DNA of 32,000 nucleotides. Origin: Methanolacinia paynteri (lineage in GTDB: Archaea; Halobacteriota; Methanomicrobia; Methanomicrobiales; Methanomicrobiaceae). The stretch is taken from assembly GCF_000784355.1 (NCBI RefSeq), contig NZ_KN360931.1, forward strand, positions 190,836-222,835, given 5' to 3'. Within the stretch, counting starts at the first letter, position 1, and each line of letters starts with the position of its first letter. Both the position numbers and the translations under genes were made by a program. Shown here piece after piece: positions 8,744-17,759 of this stretch. Below the pieces are notes generated by a model, which saw only the letters and a list, made by a program, of their open reading frames with translations, was not told the DNA's origin and ran no database searches.

Positions 8744-10564
8744 TCAGCACATTGTCTTTTTAATCTCCAGGTCCGGTATAATGCCCTTTAAAGGTTCCTC
8801 TCCGAGACGGTTAAGCTCCTCCTCAAAATCATCGATTATGAAATCCGCCTTACTATCAGTAATTAAAAATTCAAATACTATCCTGTCTTTAGAGAGATGG
8901 AGCCGGATCGCGTCGATTGCACGCTGACCTTCCCAGTGATCTCTTGATTCTTGAGATAATTGATCAATTATTTTTGAATAAGGTACTCCATTATCGTTAT
9001 ACCTCGCACGATTCTTTGTCCTGTCGAGGGCATCTGCAATCCTGAGTAGTACACAAAGTTTTTTTCTGTCCGGGTATTTATCACCGGGAAGTTTGGAATG
9101 TTTTCGATGCCGATAGCACATATCTGAAACTAAATTCAACTCATCATCATTCAGAATGTTCTTAAAAATTCCTTCTCTCTTCCATTCCGTCAGGATCTGG
9201 ACCGTATATAATTCGTGTTTATCCCTCGCCTCCTTCCCGTCGTCGTTATCGGAGACAATAAGATCATACTTGTTCTTTAAAGACATCGCTCCGTTCCCCA
9301 GATCATGGAAAAGTGCAGCCCAGTTCAGTAATTCCTGTTCCTTTTCATCAAGACCGGAGATCATGCCGATTATACGTGCATTGTCATAGACCGTTTCCAC
9401 GTGATTCCACCCGTGCATGGTTAGGAAATATGGTGTCGGAATTTTGCTGAAGGTACCTGCTATGTAGTCTATTGCATCCTCTTTGTTGCCGGGAATTTTT
9501 TTCTCTTTTATTTCACGATCTATGTTAAGAACAGCTATTATATCATTCATGAGCGTTTTTGCTTCATCGATATCTTTGGAATTCACTGGAATTACGGATG
9601 CGGTATCATGACCAAATGCATTATATCCCGACAGTTTTAATCCTACAGGTAGTGCAGGTACCGGATTGTCCTTTTCAGGTCTGAGTCTTTTCCAGTAATT
9701 GATTACCTGGATTATATAATCGTCCGTATCTTTATCAGAATTAATTCCTATTCCAAAAGGTGTTTTTGTTTTAGCACATGCCACATCAAGTCCTTTAAAC
9801 CCTGAATTCGATTTTAAATCTTCTACAATTGTAACATTTCCGTTTATAGGATAAGAAGGGCATTTGGTTTTTTTGTTGATTTCTTCGGGTTTGATTACTT
9901 CTCTACGGTCTGTCTTTATTATGTCCAATAATTCCTGGAGATTTTTAGATTTTTTCCAGTCTACCCATTCAGCAAGCTGTTCCATCTTATCAAAGTGATC
10001 AAATTCATCCTTTCCTTCTACCGGAAGCATGGAGAGGTCCCTGTCACAAATTGCTCCAATTGTTCCCCAGAATTTTGAATATTCATCTGGATCACCGTAG
10101 TGACAGTACTGCTCTGCACCAAGCGAAAAGATAACTTCCGCACCGTTTTCAATTGCCCTCCCATAGTGCGTGATTACCCTTTTGTAGTGATCGATGAGAA
10201 TAACCTTTATTCCTTTTTGAGATAATTCACCGATCTTCAAAATGGACTCGTCAGCAGCGGAATAATTCAGGTTTACCTGTACAGGAAGAGGAATGTCGAC
10301 CACTACAACAATGTCTCCCTTTTTGAATCCTGAAAAATCATAATTTAAAAATGTTCTTCCCCAAAATAATTCGGCCACACCTGTGCCGCAGTCCTCGGGA
10401 AGGTCCTTTTTTCCAAGATTTTTCTCTCTCGGAAGATCCTGTACAAAATTGCAAACTCTTTCTTCAACATTATAACCTTCCTTTTCAAGGTTTTTCTCGG
10501 AAATAACAGTCATGGTGGCGCCATGACCGTTAGTCCCACCAAATAATACTGCTTTGGGACACAT
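8744..10564 (-). CDS. Type III-B-associated 606-aa protein: N-terminal DHH/DHHA1-like module (degenerate motif I) fused to a C-terminal HD phosphohydrolase/nuclease domain
   Basis: Last gene of the co-oriented cmr operon. HD pattern: HGWNHVE...AALFHDLGN...HELYT...CYRHRKH...LLRIADALDR. The N-terminal motifs follow DHH spacing: AVLFGGTNGHGATM, VVVVDIP, VILIDHY, AICDRD. SGYNAFGHDTASVI resembles the DHHA1 GGGH motif. The HD call is confident. The DHH call is pattern-based only. Confidence 0.6.
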   Translation of the reverse strand: MCPKAVLFGGTNGHGATMTVISEKNLEKEGYNVEERVCNFVQDLPREKNLGKKDLPEDCGTGVAELFWGRTFLNYDFSGFKKGDIVVVVDIPLPVQVNLNYSAADESILKIGELSQKGIKVILIDHYKRVITHYGRAIENGAEVIFSLGAEQYCHYGDPDEYSKFWGTIGAICDRDLSMLPVEGKDEFDHFDKMEQLAEWVDWKKSKNLQELLDIIKTDRREVIKPEEINKKTKCPSYPINGNVTIVEDLKSNSGFKGLDVACAKTKTPFGIGINSDKDTDDYIIQVINYWKRLRPEKDNPVPALPVGLKLSGYNAFGHDTASVIPVNSKDIDEAKTLMNDIIAVLNIDREIKEKKIPGNKEDAIDYIAGTFSKIPTPYFLTMHGWNHVETVYDNARIIGMISGLDEKEQELLNWAALFHDLGNGAMSLKNKYDLIVSDNDDGKEARDKHELYTVQILTEWKREGIFKNILNDDELNLVSDMCYRHRKHSKLPGDKYPDRKKLCVLLRIADALDRTKNRARYNDNGVPYSKIIDQLSQESRDHWEGQRAIDAIRLHLSKDRIVFEFLITDSKADFIIDDFEEELNRLGEEPLKGIIPDLEIKKTMC

Positions 10565-10605
10565 ACTCTTCCTCCTGAATCAGATTAGATTTTCCTTGAT
10601 CAGGT

Positions 10606-10929
10606 TTACCCTTCAAAAGGAACCAGATCGATTGACCTTACTTCCATCAGGCATGCACCTGCTCCCGTCATCTCTTCAGGAGACATTTCCTGTCCCCTCT
10701 GGCTGAATGCAATATCGGGTAAGACGAGAAGGATAAACCGGCTGCCTGTATCCAGAATTTTCTTTACCATCGGAATCGGCAGGACTCCGATGTAAATATA
10801 TCCTTTCCGGATATCCTGTTCTGCAATATGAGGCAAGGTATTACCGGTATATCCTTTTGACCTGAGCCACTCCACGGCACCGGGATGCCTTGTAACAATA
10901 ATTATCTGACTTTTTTCCATCGATTTCAC
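10606..10929 (-). CDS. csx16: Csx16-like small CRISPR-associated protein (VVA1548 family, tentative)
   Basis: 107 aa. IIIVTRHPGAVEWLRSKG...IGVLPIPMV...LVLP...RGQEMSPEEM..AGACLMEVRSI matches my recollection of the Csx16 consensus (vtRHpGA.eWl, G.LP, RG.E.s.ee). A 4-nt ATGA-type overlap joins it to the cmr6 stop. Confidence 0.55.
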   Translation of the reverse strand: MKSMEKSQIIIVTRHPGAVEWLRSKGYTGNTLPHIAEQDIRKGYIYIGVLPIPMVKKILDTGSRFILLVLPDIAFSQRGQEMSPEEMTGAGACLMEVRSIDLVPFEG

Positions 10930-12083
10930 CGGTACGGTTTTCTTTGCCTGTTCTCATCCGGGTTCCACGATCCCGGTACTGCAAAAGAATATTTTCCCGG
11001 CCCTCCTGAATTGTTAGATATCACAACCAGTTCATAACTTTTTTTAAGTTCAAGATCTTCGGGCAGAGTTCCTTCGTTCACAAAGCCGAACAGGTTATTG
11101 TAACCGTCTATCTTAAAATGAGGTTGAACATTTCTTTTTTTGCTTACATGGTCTTCAAAATAAGTGGCATATACTATATCCCCTCTTTTGGGGATGACCT
11201 GTTGTTGAACCGGTATCTGGGCAGCATTGGTTGCCCGTATTTCCCTGTATTGCGAATTATTTCCCTGACTTTCAAATGATTCGATCTTCACAAGTTTCCC
11301 GTATCCTGAAGATGTCTTCCCGCCGATTCCCCAATTTTCCAGTGCTTCCGATAGCAGCCTGAATACAAGCTTTGTCCATTTTTCTGTGTTTTCTCCGGAA
11401 ACATCACACGAGACTACGATATGAAACATTCCTCTGACAGATACGAATGATATAGGGACCGGTTTGTCGAAATCTGTTGGTGCACCCTTTTCTGAATAAT
11501 AATCCCCGTGATGTGGTGTCATTACGTCAGGCATGAGGCTTTTGTCTTTCAGGCTTTCCGGTGTGATCCAGGCGTCATGAAAGATGAAATGACCTGAATC
11601 GTCTGATGTACCGAATATTGCTTTGTAATATTCACCGTCTTTTTTGAATTTCTCATCACCTTTTCCCCAGACCTGATTACAATAGTGCGCAGCAAGACCT
11701 TTAAGGGCGGTTCCAGGGATATAGGGTGTCCCGTATGTATGATGAAGAGTAATTCCGGTCTCAAGCACATTTTCGTTTCCGAGACCGATTATCAACCGGT
11801 TTTTTGTGATGAACGTGGCATCCTGTTTTTCTCCAAGTGTGGAGATATAACGGTTATAGACATCTTCGTAGATCTTTATCGTTTTCTGATTCTGCTGCGA
11901 CATTTGCATTGTTTTAAACAATGCCCTGCGGCTTTCAGGATGTTTATTATCCGGGTCCCCTTTATTCACAGGATAAAGAAGATAACGATCACGTATAAGA
12001 GCGGCATTCGATGCACCCCGAATTTCCTGCTGATTATCAGACCATAAACCTGCGATAACATCCCTGCATGCTGATCCGGACAT
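10926..12083 (-). CDS. cmr6: Cmr6 (RAMP, type III-B) with a roughly 120-aa C-terminal extension
   Basis: GLGNENVLETGITLHHTYGTPYIPGTALKGLAAHY and the G-rich loop WGIGGKTSSGYGKL at residues 251-264. About 120 further residues follow the loop. Confidence 0.85.
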   Translation of the reverse strand: MSGSACRDVIAGLWSDNQQEIRGASNAALIRDRYLLYPVNKGDPDNKHPESRRALFKTMQMSQQNQKTIKIYEDVYNRYISTLGEKQDATFITKNRLIIGLGNENVLETGITLHHTYGTPYIPGTALKGLAAHYCNQVWGKGDEKFKKDGEYYKAIFGTSDDSGHFIFHDAWITPESLKDKSLMPDVMTPHHGDYYSEKGAPTDFDKPVPISFVSVRGMFHIVVSCDVSGENTEKWTKLVFRLLSEALENWGIGGKTSSGYGKLVKIESFESQGNNSQYREIRATNAAQIPVQQQVIPKRGDIVYATYFEDHVSKKRNVQPHFKIDGYNNLFGFVNEGTLPEDLELKKSYELVVISNNSGGPGKYSFAVPGSWNPDENRQRKPYR

Positions 12084-12085
12084 GA

Positions 12086-12442
12086 TCAGTCACTCCCGAA
12101 GATTGCCTCTGAGTAGCGTTTAAGCCATGTAGCGGCCTCGATTGCCTCTCTGCTGAGTTGCTGATATTCTATCAGGTCAGCAGTCCGGCTTCTCTCTTCC
12201 AGTCCCGGATCGCCGGTTAGTTGCATGGTCTTTGTAAGGTATCTGATATAAGCGGCACCTGGTTTACTTTCCTTTTCCTTGTCTTTTGCATTTACAAATG
12301 CAAGAGCCTGGACCAATCCGGAATTATGCACCAGAGCAGGAAAACTTTTTGTAAGTCTGGAAAATTCCTCTTTATCATTTGAATTATGCGATGAAACGCA
12401 GGAATATGCAATTTCCGCTCTTTTTTGCTGTCTGGTCTGCAT
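12086..12442 (-). CDS. cmr5: Cmr5 (small subunit, type III-B)
   Basis: 118 aa and helical. FPALVHNSGLVQALAF is typical of Cmr5. Positioned between cmr4 and cmr6. Confidence 0.8.
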   Translation of the reverse strand: MQTRQQKRAEIAYSCVSSHNSNDKEEFSRLTKSFPALVHNSGLVQALAFVNAKDKEKESKPGAAYIRYLTKTMQLTGDPGLEERSRTADLIEYQQLSREAIEAATWLKRYSEAIFGSD

Positions 12443-12448
12443 ATCGTC

Positions 12449-13348
12449 TCACCCCTGTGTAAAGGAACATTTTACTCTTCCTTTTCCTACAGTTGCTTTA
12501 CCCCCAATCTGAAGATCGAGTGTTTCTGTACAGAAGTCCCTGAATATTTCCTCTTTTGTCAGATTTTTGTTCTCAAAAACGCGATCGCACCAGGCCGCTC
12601 CTGCGAGAATCGCCTCGGCAGGCAGAGCCTCCTCATACCACAATGCCTTTCCTTTGGCAGTCTTTGTCTCATCATCAATTGTGATATGGGCTGCGACTTC
12701 AGTCCCTGTTTCGGACAGAAAAGTAAAACTGTCATCTGATAAAATTACGAAATGGCTTCTAAAGATCTCTTTCCAGTTATCATCATCTGGAAATATTATT
12801 TCGGAGATCTTATCGGCCCAGTTATCTGCAGTATTATTTACAAAGTCGAGATCTTCAAGGAATATTTTACCATTAGATACAATTGACGAATTTGTAGTGC
12901 ATAATGCAAATTCTGATCCACTTTGCTCGTTAAGCACAGGTACTTTGGGCACTTCCGGAAGACCTTCATATCCTGATGCTTCGAGATCCCGTTTGAGCCT
13001 TGCCAAAACAAGAGGACATGTAACATATGCAAAGGTTCCATAAAGGCTTCGCAGCGGCATACAAACAATATGAGCGTCGGTTAGTACGAGTGCACCTGCA
13101 AATGAATCGCCGTTTTCATCGTCTGGTTTCCCAAAGACTGCATTGATATCTTTTTTGTACTTTTCATTTTCTCCGAAGTGATCTCTCATCACTCCCTTTA
13201 CTGCCGAACCCGGGACAAGAGGCCAGTTTGTAACCTTTTCACGCATGATCGGCATATCAACGAAGCCGACCTCTTTTCCTGCTCCTACATGAAGCGGTGT
13301 GATTGTCTGTATCCAGTACATTTTTGTATTGTTTGACATTTTTATCAT
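12449..13348 (-). CDS. cmr4: Cmr4 (backbone RAMP, target-RNA cleaving subunit)
   Basis: ITPLHVGAGKEVGFVDMPIMREKVTNWPLVPGSAVKGVMRD includes the conserved Asp. C-terminal G-rich loop IGGKATVGKG. Confidence 0.9.
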   Translation of the reverse strand: MIKMSNNTKMYWIQTITPLHVGAGKEVGFVDMPIMREKVTNWPLVPGSAVKGVMRDHFGENEKYKKDINAVFGKPDDENGDSFAGALVLTDAHIVCMPLRSLYGTFAYVTCPLVLARLKRDLEASGYEGLPEVPKVPVLNEQSGSEFALCTTNSSIVSNGKIFLEDLDFVNNTADNWADKISEIIFPDDDNWKEIFRSHFVILSDDSFTFLSETGTEVAAHITIDDETKTAKGKALWYEEALPAEAILAGAAWCDRVFENKNLTKEEIFRDFCTETLDLQIGGKATVGKGRVKCSFTQG

Positions 13349-13363
13349 CTCAGTTTCATTTCA

Positions 13364-14569
13364 TCATTTCATTTTGTCGTCAGCATTCCATACTCCCCAA
13401 AGGGCAAGACCGAAGCCGTCTGTGCTGTAATTTTGATCGTCTATGGTGTCGCTCACCGGACGGAGCCAAAGTTTCTCTGCAATATCTTTTGGATCTCCGG
13501 TTGTTACTTCAAAGAAGTACACGGAGCCTGCCGGGACAAGACGCCGTATTGGTTTTGGTCCTTTCTTTTGAAGATCCCAGCCTGAAAGCGGTTTCCAGCG
13601 GCCTACACATGCCGATTTCAGTGTTAAAGTGAATTTTTGCTCAATATTTTCAGGTAGTCCCGGTGGTGTACCGCAGAGTGTTTCTTTGTCCAGCCAGCCC
13701 GGCAGCCATCCGTTTGAAAAGACCGCAGGTGTTGCAAGGATCATCCTGGCATATTTTTTACCTTCAAGAGCACCGGTGATCTCACCCGGACACTCCCATC
13801 CCGGATCTCTTCCGGATTCCCAAAAGGCAAGGCGTCGTTCACCTCCGATGGGGTGGAACGAATTCTTCCAGATAAAATCTTTTGTATCTACTCTTGCAGC
13901 AATCCTGACATCTCCCGCACCGAAATCCAGGCCAATTGTTTCAAAAAGCCTCCCTTCATCTGAGGTTCCTGTATCGGGTTTAATCTGAACATGGATTCTT
14001 GATTCTTTCTCCGGTAAATCGATGTATCCTGAATCCGGATCTACCTTTTTTCCGCCTTTTTTAGTTTTCAGGGGAACTTTAAACGAGTCGGGGGAATCAT
14101 GTGCAAGCCATTCCGCCATCTTTTTTAAGGACCAGAACTGAGCGATCTCCGCCGGTTTGAAATCATCGCCAACGCTTTCCGGGATCATTGCCGGCAAGAG
14201 TTTTTCATCCGGAAGGTTGCACCATTCGTTGTCCCCGGTTTTTGAAGGACGGATCGGATAAACGGCAGGTTCATTCTTATCAGTATCGTTAACAACTATG
14301 TCGAGGGGTGCCGGAAGATACAGACTTTCAATATTATTCTTATTGTATAGCGGCAGCGGTCCGGAAACCGAGACTTTTTTGAGTTTGGCAACTGTAACAG
14401 GATCAAAGCCATTTCCGTTCATTTTACCCAGCATTGTTCTTACGGAGCCGGCCAGAACGGACGGGTACGGCCAGTCAAGAGATTTCATGCGAATGCCTAA
14501 CCCGAAAGGACGGGCATCCCGTGCAATGATTGGATCATGGGGATCGATAGATAGATGGATTTCACTCAT
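13364..14569 (-). CDS. cmr3: Cmr3
   Basis: IDPHDPIIARDARPFG at the N-terminus and IGGERRLAF are typical of Cmr3. Overlaps cas10 by 4 nt. Confidence 0.85.
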   Translation of the reverse strand: MSEIHLSIDPHDPIIARDARPFGLGIRMKSLDWPYPSVLAGSVRTMLGKMNGNGFDPVTVAKLKKVSVSGPLPLYNKNNIESLYLPAPLDIVVNDTDKNEPAVYPIRPSKTGDNEWCNLPDEKLLPAMIPESVGDDFKPAEIAQFWSLKKMAEWLAHDSPDSFKVPLKTKKGGKKVDPDSGYIDLPEKESRIHVQIKPDTGTSDEGRLFETIGLDFGAGDVRIAARVDTKDFIWKNSFHPIGGERRLAFWESGRDPGWECPGEITGALEGKKYARMILATPAVFSNGWLPGWLDKETLCGTPPGLPENIEQKFTLTLKSACVGRWKPLSGWDLQKKGPKPIRRLVPAGSVYFFEVTTGDPKDIAEKLWLRPVSDTIDDQNYSTDGFGLALWGVWNADDKMK

Positions 14570-16389
14570 AAATTGTCACCACCTGTCGCCGCAGAAGCAA
14601 TACGGCTCGCAATGATGATTTCTTTTGCCCTCCGGTGAAGAGTTTCTGCAGAGTCTACTCCTTCCATGATCTTCCGGATATTTTCACCCGAGATCTCTGT
14701 TGTTCCGTGGCCTGCGGATTTGCGTTTGAGGAGCCTCGACAGATCTTTTTCAAGCAGTTCTGCGGGTGGCGGGCTGCCCCACTCTTTGTATTCCCTGGTC
14801 ATTTGCAGCATTTCATGCCCGGCTTTGTCGGGGATCTCGTCTTTTTTATGCATACCGGTCCATTCGTCAAGGCGTTCATCCATACTGTTATTCCCGGGTT
14901 CTTTCCATTGTTCCCTGATCTTTAACGGTTCTCCGCCGCTTCTTGTATGCAGGTGAAGTGCCAGACCGTTTCTGTCCGGTTTTTTTGCCGCTTTTTCAGC
15001 TTGGCGGCCGTAATCGAGAAGGTCTTCAAGAGGATCGTTTTTGTGTCCTATGGCAATCCCGACAGAAAATGTAAGTCCTTCGACTGTCTTTCCAAATTCG
15101 TCATGAAGTGCCCGTGCCGCCTTCAGGCATGTATCTACAGGGAGAAAGGCGATCACATCGTCTCCGCCGGAATAGACCATGACTCCATGATAATCCTTTT
15201 CAACGATTTCTCTGGCTTTTCCGGCGAACGCTGACAATTTTTCAGAGAATTTATAATGTTCGTTCGAGGATTCAATATTGGCAATTGCCCTTCCCATATG
15301 ATCCCCGTCGGCAATCAGGATTGCAAAATAAGGATTTGGTTCGCCGATTTTTCTCTTGCTTCCCTGAATTTCCAAATCTTTAAGTTTCCGGAGTTTTCCT
15401 TCAATTTTTAAAAGATTGCCGAGATCATCATTAAATTCGCTGGATTTTCTCTGGTCTTCGGGGATTTTGGTTAAATCTTTTTTAAATTCATTTAACCGGG
15501 GGAGATAGCAGACCTGTCCGTCGTACGGGAAATCGGAATAGTGCCTGTTTCCGGTACCTGATGAAAAACTGTTGTCGCCCCTGCACTGGCTGCCTATTTC
15601 ATCAAGTAATTCCCCTGCTTCTCCGCCTTCGGCTACAATTCTTCGTACCCACGGGTCAAGGGCAACCCTGGTAACTGACGGAAAAGCCATCTTTCTTCCG
15701 CCTGCAAGTCTTTTGGTAAGGCCGATTGCAGATAGCTGCTCGCCGTCACTGAGACGCATTCTTAATTCAAGAATTCCCAAATTTTTTCGTTTCTCTTTCA
15801 GTACGCTTTCGCGTGCACCGTCGAGGGAGCATTTAGGAATTCCGGGTACTCCTTTTACCTGTTCAAAATCCCGTATGGATTTTCTGCCTGCAAGGAGCCT
15901 GATCACTCTTTTTCTGGCTATGCGATAATCGTCTTCATTTTCCAGAGGGACCCATGCGGAGTTGAATTCTATAAGATCTTCTACCTGTTCTTTCCAGAGT
16001 ATGTCTCCTGTCGGATCATCTCTTATGACACCTTTTGCTTCTTTTTTGGCAGCTTCGGCATAATTCAGCCAGATATCTTTTGCTGCGGTTTCTGCTTTTT
16101 CATTAATTTCTTCAGGGTCTCCTCCTCTTTCAGGCAGTTTTGCAAGAATCACGTTTCCTATATTGAATGAATCCAATTCATGACCGCGATTTGTAGGTTC
16201 CAGTTCAGGATCACTTTTTTTTAATGCAGGAAAGATCAATTCTCCTCCAGAATCTGCTATGGCTTTTGCCGCCGCCCTGCTGATCTCTGAGAGAAGATAT
16301 GAGCCGAACCACAGATCGCGTGTCCGGCGGGCGGACGCGATGAAGTCCTGTACCGGTCCGACTGACAGGACATACAGGTATTTTGTCAT
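14566..16389 (-). CDS. cas10: Cas10/Cmr2 large subunit lacking an HD domain, with cyclase GGDD motif intact
   Basis: Begins directly with YLYVLSVGPVQDFIASARRTRDLWFGSYLLS, which is the post-HD region of Cmr2. ILIADGDHMG and VYSGGDDVIAFLP are Palm motifs. Only 607 aa. Confidence 0.9.
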   Translation of the reverse strand: MTKYLYVLSVGPVQDFIASARRTRDLWFGSYLLSEISRAAAKAIADSGGELIFPALKKSDPELEPTNRGHELDSFNIGNVILAKLPERGGDPEEINEKAETAAKDIWLNYAEAAKKEAKGVIRDDPTGDILWKEQVEDLIEFNSAWVPLENEDDYRIARKRVIRLLAGRKSIRDFEQVKGVPGIPKCSLDGARESVLKEKRKNLGILELRMRLSDGEQLSAIGLTKRLAGGRKMAFPSVTRVALDPWVRRIVAEGGEAGELLDEIGSQCRGDNSFSSGTGNRHYSDFPYDGQVCYLPRLNEFKKDLTKIPEDQRKSSEFNDDLGNLLKIEGKLRKLKDLEIQGSKRKIGEPNPYFAILIADGDHMGRAIANIESSNEHYKFSEKLSAFAGKAREIVEKDYHGVMVYSGGDDVIAFLPVDTCLKAARALHDEFGKTVEGLTFSVGIAIGHKNDPLEDLLDYGRQAEKAAKKPDRNGLALHLHTRSGGEPLKIREQWKEPGNNSMDERLDEWTGMHKKDEIPDKAGHEMLQMTREYKEWGSPPPAELLEKDLSRLLKRKSAGHGTTEISGENIRKIMEGVDSAETLHRRAKEIIIASRIASAATGGDNL

Positions 16390-17759
16390 TTCGGAACCTC
16401 CTGAAATCCGTTTTCTTCAGCATATGCGAGGAAAGCTTCGAGAGCAGAACCTGGATGCTTCCCCCCACGGGAAAATCTCATAGGAGAGTTTGGATAAGCG
16501 GCATTTGCTGTATTAACGATATCATTATAAGATAATGAGACACCTGTGGTTAGATCGTGCTTTCCCGGTTTTAGATAAGCTGAATCAAGCGGATTTGTTT
16601 TTAATCTCAGAATAAGCGATTTGCACCCGTTTTGGTATTTGATTGGTTTCAGAATTAATGGACTGGCCATCCTGTCATTTTTCTCATTCGGTTGCAGAGT
16701 TGGTTTAATGTTATCATCATCGGTATTATTTCCAATATACTCATCTTTAAGTTCAAAAATAATCGGCATCCCAAACTCTGCACGGGGAAATGATTTAACT
16801 GTTATACGGTTATCAGTCTTTTTCCTCCCCTTGGGACGTATTTTTAATCCATTCTGGTTTTGAATTGTTTCACGAATTGTTTCGGGCTCCGGCCAAAAAG
16901 ATTTACTATAAACATTTCTCCCAACTTTTCCCTGCCTGAAATCTTTCATTCCTCCTACAACGTCGGACCAGCATTTTAAAGGGTCAATCTGATTATTTGT
17001 ATTAATACGGAGTTTTTCTGGTAATGTAGGCCAGGATTTTGGAGTATTTTTATCGATCTGGTATTTTTTAAGGGAATCCGAGTACCATTTACCAATATCA
17101 TCATCCGGGGGAGCAAATTCCTTACAGTATAAAGCACCGCACCCTCTTCGTGTCCTTGCCCCGATCCCCCCAAAATTGACCCATGCCCAGAAAGCCGCTT
17201 CAATATCATTCTCGATTGGATCAATTCTCTCCGGCTTGTGTTCTTTTTTTTGCTGTATTAATTTTTCATTTTCAATTTTTCTTAGTTCATTGAGTCTTTT
17301 TTCTTTTAACCAGCTGATGATAACTGTAAAATTAAAATTTTCTTTTATTAACTCGGCCTCACCTGCCTTTGCAGAAAAGAGTGCATAAACCTCTGGTCCA
17401 TATCTGAAAAAACCGTAATCCGGAGGAGAACGGTATTGGATTTCCTTAGGCTGTACAACTTCAATGATCACCGGGCTGGGATTATCCGTCGTTCCCCAGA
17501 TCTCGCCTTCTCTCTGCCGCAGGTCCTGTTCATTATTGTAGTTCGCTCCTCTGGTAGCCCGCCACCAGAACCGGAGATGACCGCGAACACTTGACGCCCT
17601 TATCGGCATAGCCGGGTCAGCTATTCCTGCTTCAGCTCCCCCTCCGAACATCGGGGTTATTACTTCGATCTCGTATATTTTTGTCTCAATATCCGGATCA
17701 TCTTTTTTTTCAGGAATCACTTTTGGAAATTCAGGTAATTTTCTTGTAATTTGAATCAC
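16386..17759 (-). CDS. cmr1: Cmr1 (RAMP)
   Basis: EIEVITPMFGGGAE...PIRASSVRGHLRFWWRA is the Cmr1 signature. GTG start, exact start uncertain. Confidence 0.85.
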   Translation of the reverse strand: MIQITRKLPEFPKVIPEKKDDPDIETKIYEIEVITPMFGGGAEAGIADPAMPIRASSVRGHLRFWWRATRGANYNNEQDLRQREGEIWGTTDNPSPVIIEVVQPKEIQYRSPPDYGFFRYGPEVYALFSAKAGEAELIKENFNFTVIISWLKEKRLNELRKIENEKLIQQKKEHKPERIDPIENDIEAAFWAWVNFGGIGARTRRGCGALYCKEFAPPDDDIGKWYSDSLKKYQIDKNTPKSWPTLPEKLRINTNNQIDPLKCWSDVVGGMKDFRQGKVGRNVYSKSFWPEPETIRETIQNQNGLKIRPKGRKKTDNRITVKSFPRAEFGMPIIFELKDEYIGNNTDDDNIKPTLQPNEKNDRMASPLILKPIKYQNGCKSLILRLKTNPLDSAYLKPGKHDLTTGVSLSYNDIVNTANAAYPNSPMRFSRGGKHPGSALEAFLAYAEENGFQEVPK

